NCBI GenBank assembly: GCA_046052125.1
Contig: JBJOMY010000006.1
Span: forward strand, 1 to 64,000
Length of the DNA stretch: 64,000 bases
Origin: Cyanobacteriota bacterium
Lineage (GTDB): Bacteria; Cyanobacteriota; Cyanobacteriia; PCC-6307; Cyanobiaceae
Direction: 5' to 3'
This document shows positions 29,743 to 36,989 of this stretch, piece after piece (within the stretch, counting starts at the first letter, position 1; every line of letters starts with the position of its first letter). The notes beneath the pieces were generated by a model that saw nothing but the letters and a program-made list of their open reading frames with translations, did no database searches and was not told where the DNA came from. The position numbers and the translations under genes are program-made.

Positions 29743-30959
29743 GCCCGACCGCAAACCAGCAACCACCGATCCTGCTGCTGAGCAACGGGCACGGTGAAGA
29801 CCTCAGCGGCGCGTTGATCGGCCAAGCCCTGCAACAGCGGGGCCTGGCGGTGGAAGCGCTGCCGCTGGTGGGCCATGGCCGTGCCTATGAGCAGGCCGGG
29901 ATCACCATTCGCGGCCGCACGCGTGAGTACAGCACCGGCGGCCTGGGATACACCAGCGTGATCGGCCGCATCACCGAGGTGATCCAGGGGCAGGTGCTCT
30001 ATCTCCTGGGACGCCTGCTGCTGCTGCTGCGGATCGCCCGCCGGTATCAGCTGATCCTGGTGGTGGGGGATGTGATCCCAGTGGTGGCGGCCTGGCTGAG
30101 CGGCAGGCCAACGGCCACCTACCTCGTGGCCTACTCCAGCCATTACGAAGGCCGGCTGCGGCTGCCCTGGCCCTGCGCACCCTGCCTCAAACAGCGGCGC
30201 ACCCGTGCGATCTACAGCCGTGATGTGCTCACCGCCGGCGACCTGAGCAGCCAGCTGCTGCGGCCTGTGCGGTTCTTCGGCAACCCCTTCTTTGATGGGG
30301 CCCTGAGCGCCAGCGAACCGCTGGCGGGCTCGCCCCAGCAACGGCTGGGCCTGCTTCCGGGCAGTCGCCTGCCGGAAGCCCTCCACAACCTGGAACTGAT
30401 GCTTCGGGTGCTCGAGCGCCTGCCCGAAGCGCTCCGGCCGCCCGAGCGCTTGGGCCTGCATGCCGCCCTGGTGGGCAAGCTCACCCCCCAGGAGGTGGCA
30501 CCCCTGGCCAGCCGCCTGGGCTGGAAGCTGCAGCTCGAGAGCAGCGATCGCTGCAGCCTGCAGCGCGGCCCTCTGCGCCTTCAGCTGGAGTGGGGACGCT
30601 TTGCGGCGGTGGTGCAGCAATGCGATCTGTTGCTCTCGATGACCGGCACCGCAGCCGAGCAGTGTGTGGGGCTGGGCAAACCGGTGCTGCAGCTAGTGGG
30701 AGCCGGGCCTCAGTTCACCGCCAACTTCGCGGAAGCCCAACGGCGCCTGTTGGGCCCCGGTGTGGTGTGCGCAGAGGGCGCTGTGGGGAGTGATGAGCAG
30801 CTCGATGGCACCGCCGCGTTAACGGAGGTGCTGCTGGAGCGGCTGCTGCACGATTCCACCTGGCGCTCCGCCCTGCAACAACTGGGGCTCGAGCGGATCG
30901 GAGAGGGCGGTGGTGCCGCCAGGATGGCCTCCGATCTCCACGCCCTCCTGGATGGCTGA
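29739..30959 (+). CDS. Lipid-A-disaccharide synthase-related protein
   Basis: LSNGHGED, LLPGSR.PEA, GTAAEQ.VGLGKP, GPQFT; TTG start overlapping the upstream stop inferred. Confidence 0.85.
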   Translation: MSPTANQQPPILLLSNGHGEDLSGALIGQALQQRGLAVEALPLVGHGRAYEQAGITIRGRTREYSTGGLGYTSVIGRITEVIQGQVLYLLGRLLLLLRIARRYQLILVVGDVIPVVAAWLSGRPTATYLVAYSSHYEGRLRLPWPCAPCLKQRRTRAIYSRDVLTAGDLSSQLLRPVRFFGNPFFDGALSASEPLAGSPQQRLGLLPGSRLPEALHNLELMLRVLERLPEALRPPERLGLHAALVGKLTPQEVAPLASRLGWKLQLESSDRCSLQRGPLRLQLEWGRFAAVVQQCDLLLSMTGTAAEQCVGLGKPVLQLVGAGPQFTANFAEAQRRLLGPGVVCAEGAVGSDEQLDGTAALTEVLLERLLHDSTWRSALQQLGLERIGEGGGAARMASDLHALLDG

Positions 30960-31236
30960 ACCCACTGCCAGCAGCACCCTGCCCCTGGGCCGAAGGATCA
31001 AGGGCTGGATCGACGCCCTGCTGGTGGTGGATGTGTTTGTGGTGATCGCCGGGGCGATCTGGTTTGGCGTGGCCGTGATCTGCCACAGCCGCAAGATTGA
31101 GGCCCCGCTGGATTGGTTTCAGCGGCTCTGGGAGCCGCTGTTCACCCCAGCGATCGGCCTGCTGATGGGAGCCGCGATCCTGAGCGGTGTGCTCGGCTGG
31201 GCCATCAACTGGTGGCAGCGGCGAGCGCAGCGCTGA
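30952..31236 (+). CDS. Small two-TM hypothetical membrane protein
   Basis: LVVDVFVV, FQRLWEPLFTPAIG.LM. Confidence 0.7.
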   Translation: MAEPTASSTLPLGRRIKGWIDALLVVDVFVVIAGAIWFGVAVICHSRKIEAPLDWFQRLWEPLFTPAIGLLMGAAILSGVLGWAINWWQRRAQR

Positions 31237-32134
31237 GCTCGGCATCACGGAAGCTGAACCCCTGCTCCTGCAAACGCCGGGGCAACACCTTCTGGCCTTC
31301 CAACACCACCTTGGCGCCATCACCGAGCAACAGCTGGAGCAGCGGGCCAGGCACGGGCAGCAGGCTCGGGCGCCCGAGGCAACGGCCCAGAGCCGCCGCG
31401 AAGGCCGCCATGCTGCAGGGATTGGGTGCCACGGCGTTGTAGGTGCCGCTGTAGCTGGGATCGGTCAGCGCGGTAGCGATCAGGGAGCAGAGATCCCGGC
31501 GGGAGATCCAGCTCATCCACTGCTGACCATCACCGATCGGCCCACCGAAGCCCAGGCGGAACACCGGCAGCATCTTCCCGAGCGCACCACCATCGGCGCC
31601 AAGCACGATGCCAATGCGCAGGATCACTACCCGGCAGAGGGCTTCAGCGCCACGGGCTTCCTTCTCCCAGGCCTCGCACAGCCGGCCCAGCACATCCGCA
31701 CCAGCGGGGCTGGTTTCGGAAAACTCTTGGCTGGTGCTGGTGCCGTAGTAGCCAATGGCGGAGCCATTGATCAGCACGCCAGGGCGCTGATCTTGCGGAA
31801 GGGCCGCCATCGCCTGCACCAGGGCGTGGGTGGTGGAGATGCGGCTGCTGTTGAGCAGTTGCAGGTGCGGCGGGGTCCAACGCTTCTCGGCGATCGGCTC
31901 ACCGGCCAAGTTCACCACCGCCTCGGCCGACGCCAGGGCTTGCCGGAGCTCAGTTCGCTGCCACGAGGCGGCTGCAGATGGATCAGCCTGCAGGCGCTGC
32001 AGTTGCGGGTGCTGCACTCCAGGGAGGGGCTGAGCGGCGCGGCTCACCAAGGTGAGGCTGTGACCGGCCTCAAGAAGGGTGGGCACCAGGGCACGGCCCA
32101 CGAAGCCACTGCAACCCACCAACAGAATCCGCAC
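31205..32134 (-). CDS. TIGR01777-family NAD-dependent epimerase
   Basis: GCSGFVG, VNLAGEPI, SAIGYYG, GGPIGDGQQWMSWI. Confidence 0.9.
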   Translation of the reverse strand: MRILLVGCSGFVGRALVPTLLEAGHSLTLVSRAAQPLPGVQHPQLQRLQADPSAAASWQRTELRQALASAEAVVNLAGEPIAEKRWTPPHLQLLNSSRISTTHALVQAMAALPQDQRPGVLINGSAIGYYGTSTSQEFSETSPAGADVLGRLCEAWEKEARGAEALCRVVILRIGIVLGADGGALGKMLPVFRLGFGGPIGDGQQWMSWISRRDLCSLIATALTDPSYSGTYNAVAPNPCSMAAFAAALGRCLGRPSLLPVPGPLLQLLLGDGAKVVLEGQKVLPRRLQEQGFSFRDAELSAALAAATS

Positions 32135-32255
32135 GCGCTCAGCATCAGCTCTGCGGCCAACGCTAGGGATGGGAATGGCACCCAGGTGGCAGCGCTGGTG
32201 AGGAACCGAAGTTCACAACAGGGCTCTAGCCTGCCCCCAACACACCCGAAGTGCC

Positions 32256-32507
32256 ATGGCTGAAACGCCCGCGGCAGCACCCGAAGCCGCCCCCAAAAGC
32301 CCGATCAAGAAGGGGAGCCTGGTGAAGGTGAACCGACAGGCCTACAACGCCAGCCTTGAAGCCCAGGCCAGCGATGGCGCGGCGCCCGACTATCTGTTCG
32401 ACGGCCCGGCCGAGGTGTTGGTGATCAAGGGCGACTACGCCCAGCTGCGCTTCCGCCGCCCAGTGCCCGATGTGTGGCTGCGGGCGGACCAGCTGCAGGC
32501 GTTCTAG
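32256..32507 (+). CDS. ndhO: NDH-1 subunit O
   Basis: IKKGSLVKV, SLEAQASD, PDYLFDGP, PVPDVWLRADQL. Confidence 0.9.
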   Translation: MAETPAAAPEAAPKSPIKKGSLVKVNRQAYNASLEAQASDGAAPDYLFDGPAEVLVIKGDYAQLRFRRPVPDVWLRADQLQAF

Positions 32508-33208
32508 ATCTCGAGCCGGCGACGCTCCTCATGCAAACGGCTGCGGCGCTGCTTGGCCTCACGCAGCATTTCGCGGCCGTCGCGCAGGTATCCGTCCACA
32601 TAGCCCATGGTGTAGCGCTCCAGCTCGGTGAGCGCGTCCTGCACTTGGGATAGGCAGTGATAGAGGCTCAGGCTGAAGCCATGCGCTGAAGCAGGTGCAG
32701 CCAGGGAGCGGTAGAGCGCTTCCACCTTCTCCATCCGGGCCTGGCTTTGCTCGAGGAAGGCGCAGAAGCTTTCCATGAGCTCGTCGTCGTAAGGATCCGC
32801 GGAGAGGGCCCTCAGCTGGGCGGGGAAAGGATTGATCACCTGCGCCAGCAAACGATCAATCGGTGCGTACACCTGCTGCAGCCAGGCCACCAGCTGGGCA
32901 TCACCGCGGGCTGCTTCGGCGGTGGCGGTGCGCGCCGCACGGCCGGCCGCAGCGGAACGTGCCGTTGTTGAGCGGGTTGGGTCAACGCGGCCGACTTGAT
33001 ACAGGCGATCGTGCTCAGCGCGGCGCTGGGCATCGCCGAGCACCTCCCAGGCTGCGTTGAGCTCGAGGATCCGATGCTCATCGCCACCAGCGTCCGGGTG
33101 GTGCTGTTTCACGAGAGCGCGGTACGCCGCCTTCAGCTCTGCGGCACTCGCTGAGCTGGCCACACCGAGCACCGTGTAGGGGTCGGGGGCGGACTGTGGC
33201 GAGATCAC
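32504..33208 (-). CDS. DnaJ-domain protein
   Basis: DPYTVLGV, HHPD, LNAAWEVL; C-terminal LSADPYDDELM; GTG start inferred. Confidence 0.88.
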   Translation of the reverse strand: MISPQSAPDPYTVLGVASSASAAELKAAYRALVKQHHPDAGGDEHRILELNAAWEVLGDAQRRAEHDRLYQVGRVDPTRSTTARSAAAGRAARTATAEAARGDAQLVAWLQQVYAPIDRLLAQVINPFPAQLRALSADPYDDELMESFCAFLEQSQARMEKVEALYRSLAAPASAHGFSLSLYHCLSQVQDALTELERYTMGYVDGYLRDGREMLREAKQRRSRLHEERRRLEI

Positions 33209-33271
33209 GCGCTCCGGCAGCGGCTGCAGACCATCTTCATCGTTGGACCATCGATGGCTGCGGAGGAACAC

Positions 33272-33300
33272 AAAAAAGCCCCCCGCACAAGCGGGAGGCC
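33272..33300 (-). terminator. Intrinsic terminator of the porin 1 transcript
   Basis: Minus strand GGCCUCCCGC-UUGU-GCGGGGGGCU followed by a U run. Confidence 0.88.
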
Positions 33301-33363
33301 AAGGAGTTTTGGTGTGTGAGTAAGCGCGAGGTGCGCGTGTGAGGAGTGCTTCAGATCCGAGGA
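33272..33363 (-). ncRNA. Candidate 3'UTR-derived Yfr1-like sRNA (porin 1)
   Basis: Exact ACTCCTCACAC at 33337-33347, plus ACTCACACAC (33312-33321) and ACTCCT (33302-33307), ahead of a terminator. Confidence 0.55.
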
Positions 33364-34953
33364 TCAGAAGCGGAAGGTGGTTTGCACCAGGTAGCCGAAG
33401 CTGTTGAAGGTGTTGCCGTTACCGGTGAATTCACCCTGGGGACGCGACAGCCAGAAGATGGCCGGGGTCACAGCGATGTTGTCGCTGACCTGGAACTTGT
33501 AGAACCATTCCCAGGCGTAGTTGCCATCGGCAGGGGTGTTATCAGTGCCGCCGGTCACAAAGGTGGGCTGACCCACAGCCATGCCGAGCACGTTGCCCTT
33601 CACGAAGGCATCCTTCCAGTTCAGACCCACCATCCAGGACTGGGTGGTGAGGTTCACATCGGTGGAATCGGTGCGGCTACCGCCCACATTGCTGGAGGTA
33701 CCAATACCCCAACCAGCGCTGATGGAAGGCATCCAACCGCTCTGGAGAGGCTGCCAGTAGCCAGCCAGGTTGAAGGCGTTGGTGCCATTGTAGCCGGTCG
33801 ACACGGCAGAGCGAGCGAAGGGGGTGCCGCCTACGCTCACGCCGCGGTTGTCATAGGTGTACAGACCGGTGAGGTTCCAGTTCTTGCCGGTGTAGGCCAG
33901 CTGAACAGAGCCGGAGGCAGCAGAGTTGCCGTTGGCGATACCACCAGCCTCGGGGCTGCCTACATCACCGTTGCCGGCCACGTAGTTAGCGCCAAAGCTG
34001 AAGCCTTTCTTACCTTCTTTCCACCAGAAACCAGCACCGGCACCGAGCACCTGGCTGTTGGCCTGAGGACCACCAGCGAACTGGAAGATCTTCAGGATCT
34101 TGTCACCGGTGTAGACCGAAGGCCACACGGCGAACATGTCGTCCTGACGGACCCGGGGGCCAGCCACGATTGTGACGTTCTTACCAACGGGGAACTTGTA
34201 GTAGAGGCGATTGATCGCTACGACATCGCCGCCGTCAGCATTGCCCAGGTTCTCCTGGAAAGCAGCGTCCAGCTGAGAGAGGCGGGTGGGTTCAGCACCA
34301 AAGGCAGAGTCGCTGAAGTTACCAGCGCGCAGCTGGGTACGGAGCAAATCCTTACCGGTGAAGCTGGTGTCGAAGTTCAGGCGAACGTCGTAGTTGAAGC
34401 TCAGCGCATTGCGCAGGGCGTACTCCTTACCAGCCGCGTTGGTGTAGGTGTTGTTGTCGGTGACCTGCGAACCACCAAAGGTCTGACCGCCCAGCACCCA
34501 GCGAGTGTCGGCGCGCAGTTTGGTGGTGGTGGAGAACTGGGTGGCTTCCAGCTCGCCCACTTTGGCCTCGAGGCCATCCACGCGACCCTTCAGAACGGCA
34601 AGTTCCTTTTCGAACTCGGCCATCAGGCGCTTCAGCTCGTCGGTCACTTCAGTGATCCGGTCGAGGCAAGCGTTCAGCAGTGCGGCCGCTTCATAGCGGG
34701 TCATCGCACGCTCACCGCGGTAGGTGCCGTTGGGGTAGCCAGCGACACAGCCGTAGCGCTCGATCAGGTTGCTCAGTGCCTGGTAAGCCCAGTCGGTGGG
34801 CTTCACATCGGAGAACTGGGTGATCGAAGTCACCTGCTCCTCAGAGCCGTACTGACTCACGCCAGCGATGTTCAGGTCAGCGGCAGATGCAGCCACAGGA
34901 GCCATCAGGCCCAGGGCAGCAGGTGCCAGAAGAAGCTTCTGGAACAGTTTCAT
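33364..34953 (-). CDS. SLH-domain outer membrane porin (Som/OprB family), copy 1
   Basis: Signal peptide, FSDVKPTDWAYQAL SLH domain, coiled coil, FSTTTKL, C-terminal TTFRF; GAGGA RBS. Confidence 0.95.
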   Translation of the reverse strand: MKLFQKLLLAPAALGLMAPVAASAADLNIAGVSQYGSEEQVTSITQFSDVKPTDWAYQALSNLIERYGCVAGYPNGTYRGERAMTRYEAAALLNACLDRITEVTDELKRLMAEFEKELAVLKGRVDGLEAKVGELEATQFSTTTKLRADTRWVLGGQTFGGSQVTDNNTYTNAAGKEYALRNALSFNYDVRLNFDTSFTGKDLLRTQLRAGNFSDSAFGAEPTRLSQLDAAFQENLGNADGGDVVAINRLYYKFPVGKNVTIVAGPRVRQDDMFAVWPSVYTGDKILKIFQFAGGPQANSQVLGAGAGFWWKEGKKGFSFGANYVAGNGDVGSPEAGGIANGNSAASGSVQLAYTGKNWNLTGLYTYDNRGVSVGGTPFARSAVSTGYNGTNAFNLAGYWQPLQSGWMPSISAGWGIGTSSNVGGSRTDSTDVNLTTQSWMVGLNWKDAFVKGNVLGMAVGQPTFVTGGTDNTPADGNYAWEWFYKFQVSDNIAVTPAIFWLSRPQGEFTGNGNTFNSFGYLVQTTFRF

Positions 34954-34967
34954 GGTCCTCACACCAA
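34520..34967. repeat. Near-identical 448-bp repeat, copy A (5' end of porin 1)
   Basis: Matches 36375-36822 with 14 mismatches by hand count, no indels. Confidence 0.9.
34956..34964 (-). promoter_or_regulatory. Yfr1-complementary site over the porin 1 RBS
   Basis: mRNA GUGUGAGGA-CC-AUG pairs with UCCUCACAC. Confidence 0.7.
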
Positions 34968-34987
34968 TTGAGGGAATCCCACAAGGG

Positions 34988-35003
34988 GATAAGTCAACTT
35001 ATC
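34988..35003. promoter_or_regulatory. AT-rich palindrome overlapping a putative -10 of porin 1
   Basis: GATAAGT-CA-ACTTATC; minus strand contains TAAGTT (TAN3T). Confidence 0.45.
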
Positions 35004-35075
35004 GCGCCGCAATAGCGCGGCACCTCGCAACAGCTACGGGCGGGTGTAGCGCAGAGCACACCGCAGAAAAGCAAT

Positions 35076-35101
35076 AAAAAACCCGCGACTGAAGCCGCGG
35101 G
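35076..35101 (-). terminator. Intrinsic terminator of the porin 2 transcript
   Basis: CCCGCGGC-UUCA-GUCGCGGG followed by U6. Confidence 0.85.
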
Positions 35102-35203
35102 CAGAGAGAGGACAAACGAGGTGTGGTGAGGAGACCAATTCAGGGGAAACTCTGAGGTATGAGGAGAGAGTTTCCCGACCGGATTGGCTTTTAGATCAAG
35201 AGA
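35076..35203 (-). ncRNA. Candidate 3'UTR-derived CU-rich (Yfr1-like) sRNA (porin 2)
   Basis: 10-bp stem displaying loop CUCCUCAUACCUC, then CUCCUCACCACAC, then terminator. Confidence 0.5.
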
Positions 35204-36808
35204 TCAGAACTTGAAGGTGGTCTTGATCAGGCCGCCGAAGTTGGTGACGGACTTGTCCTGGGACAGGCCCTTACCGACTTGACCATCAAGCTGGCTGAGG
35301 TAGAAGATCGCGGGGGTCACGCTGATGTTGTCGGTGACCTGGAACTTGTACCACCACTCCCAGGCGTAGTTGCCGTCGTTGGGGGTGTTGTTGGAGTTGT
35401 CGTTGTAGCGGGTCACGAAGGTGGCCTGACCAACGGCCATACCCAGGGCATTGCCCTTGATGAAGGCGTCATCCCACTGCAGACCCACGTACCAGGACTG
35501 GGACTGAGGACCGTCGAAACCGAAAGCATCATCCTGGCCGTTATAGCCGTTGATGCCCCAGCCGGTGCTGATGGAGGGAACCCAGCCGCTGGTGGAAGGC
35601 TGCCAGTAGCCGCTCACACCGAAGGAGTTGGTGCTGTTGGCAGCAGCGCCCAGGAACTGGTTCAGGATGGTGCCGTTACCAGAGGCAACGCCATTGCTGT
35701 AGTTGTAAGCAAAGGCGATACCAGCGTTATCGCCGGCGTAGCCGAGCTGAGCGGTGAAGGTCTCCTGGGATCCGGAGGTACCAATACCGCCGACTTCAGG
35801 TGCGCCCACGTCACCGTTAGCAGCCACGTAGTTGAGGCTGAAGCTGAAGCCGTTCTTCTCGTACCACACACCGGCACCTGCACCCAGGTTCAGGTTGTAG
35901 GTACCAGGAGCACCGGCGTAGGTGAAGATGTCGAGGACGGTGTCAGCGGGATACACGCTGGGCCACATGGCCAGCATGTCGTCCTGACGAACCTTGGCGC
36001 CCACGGTGACGGTGATGTTGTCACCAACAGGGAACTGATAGAAGAGGCGGTTGATGGCCACCACGTCGCCGCCATCAGCGTTGCCCATCTCTTCCTGGAA
36101 GGCCACTTCCAGGTTGTTCAGAGCAGAGACACCGCCCACTGCGCCATCGGTGCTGCCATAAGCAGTTGCACTACCGAAAGCGGAATCGGCAAAGTTACCG
36201 GCACGCAGAGTGGTGCGCAGCAGGTCCTTACCGGTGAAGCTGGTGTCGAAGTTCAGGCGAACGTCGTAGTTGAAGGTGGTTGCACCCTCATCAGCCTTGT
36301 AGGCGTTAGCGAGAGTGGTGTTGCTGCCGCCGAAGCTGTTAGCGCCGAGCACGAAGGTGGCGATGCCCTTCAGCTTGGTGGTGGTGGAGAACTGAGTGGC
36401 TTCCAGCTCACCCACTTTGGCCTCGAGGCCATCCACGCGGCCCTTCAGAACGGCGAGTTCCTTTTCGAACTCCTTCATCAGGCGCTTCAGCTCGTCGGTC
36501 ACTTCGGTGATCCGGTCGAGGCAGGCGTTCAGCAGTGCGGCCGCTTCATAGCGGGTCATCGCACGCTCACCGCGGTAGGTGCCGTTGGGGTAGCCAGCGA
36601 CGCAGCCGTAGCGCTCGATCAGGTTGCTCAGCGCCTGGTAAGCCCAGTCGGTGGGCTTCACATCGGAGAACTGGGTGATCGAAGTCACCTGCTCCTCAGA
36701 GCCGTACTGGCTGACGCCAGCGATGTTCAGGTCAGCGGCAGACGCAGCCACAGGAGCCATCAGGCCCAGGGCAGCAGGTGCCAGAAGAAGCTTCTGGAAC
36801 AGTTTCAT
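35204..36808 (-). CDS. SLH-domain outer membrane porin (Som/OprB family), copy 2
   Basis: Same N-terminus as copy 1, divergent barrel, C-terminal KTTFKF. Confidence 0.95.
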   Translation of the reverse strand: MKLFQKLLLAPAALGLMAPVAASAADLNIAGVSQYGSEEQVTSITQFSDVKPTDWAYQALSNLIERYGCVAGYPNGTYRGERAMTRYEAAALLNACLDRITEVTDELKRLMKEFEKELAVLKGRVDGLEAKVGELEATQFSTTTKLKGIATFVLGANSFGGSNTTLANAYKADEGATTFNYDVRLNFDTSFTGKDLLRTTLRAGNFADSAFGSATAYGSTDGAVGGVSALNNLEVAFQEEMGNADGGDVVAINRLFYQFPVGDNITVTVGAKVRQDDMLAMWPSVYPADTVLDIFTYAGAPGTYNLNLGAGAGVWYEKNGFSFSLNYVAANGDVGAPEVGGIGTSGSQETFTAQLGYAGDNAGIAFAYNYSNGVASGNGTILNQFLGAAANSTNSFGVSGYWQPSTSGWVPSISTGWGINGYNGQDDAFGFDGPQSQSWYVGLQWDDAFIKGNALGMAVGQATFVTRYNDNSNNTPNDGNYAWEWWYKFQVTDNISVTPAIFYLSQLDGQVGKGLSQDKSVTNFGGLIKTTFKF

Positions 36809-36822
36809 GGTCCTCACACCAA
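36375..36822. repeat. Near-identical 448-bp repeat, copy B (5' end of porin 2)
   Basis: Offset 1855 bp from copy A. Confidence 0.9.
36811..36819 (-). promoter_or_regulatory. Yfr1-complementary site over the porin 2 RBS
   Basis: mRNA GUGUGAGGA-CC-AUG. Confidence 0.7.
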
Positions 36823-36913
36823 AAGAGGAATTGGGCGCAATGCGCCGTGTGGCCATCTTGCAGGCCATGCCAGAGGCAACACAGAGAACCTGTGCCACAA
36901 ACCGCAATGGCAT

Positions 36914-36927
36914 GTAGCGATCGATAC
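36914..36927. promoter_or_regulatory. Candidate NtcA box
   Basis: GTA-gcgatcga-TAC (GTA-N8-TAC) between porin 2 and the divergent GT-C gene. Confidence 0.5.
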
Positions 36928-36989
36928 CCGGAAGCTGCGCGGCCTCCTTCGCCCAGACTTGCCTTCTTCTCTCCGAGCGGCGGCTGCCC

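Noticed and set aside
35030..35050. TAC-N8-GTA dyad upstream of porin 1 as an NtcA site
   Set aside because: Half-sites are in the reverse order to the NtcA consensus
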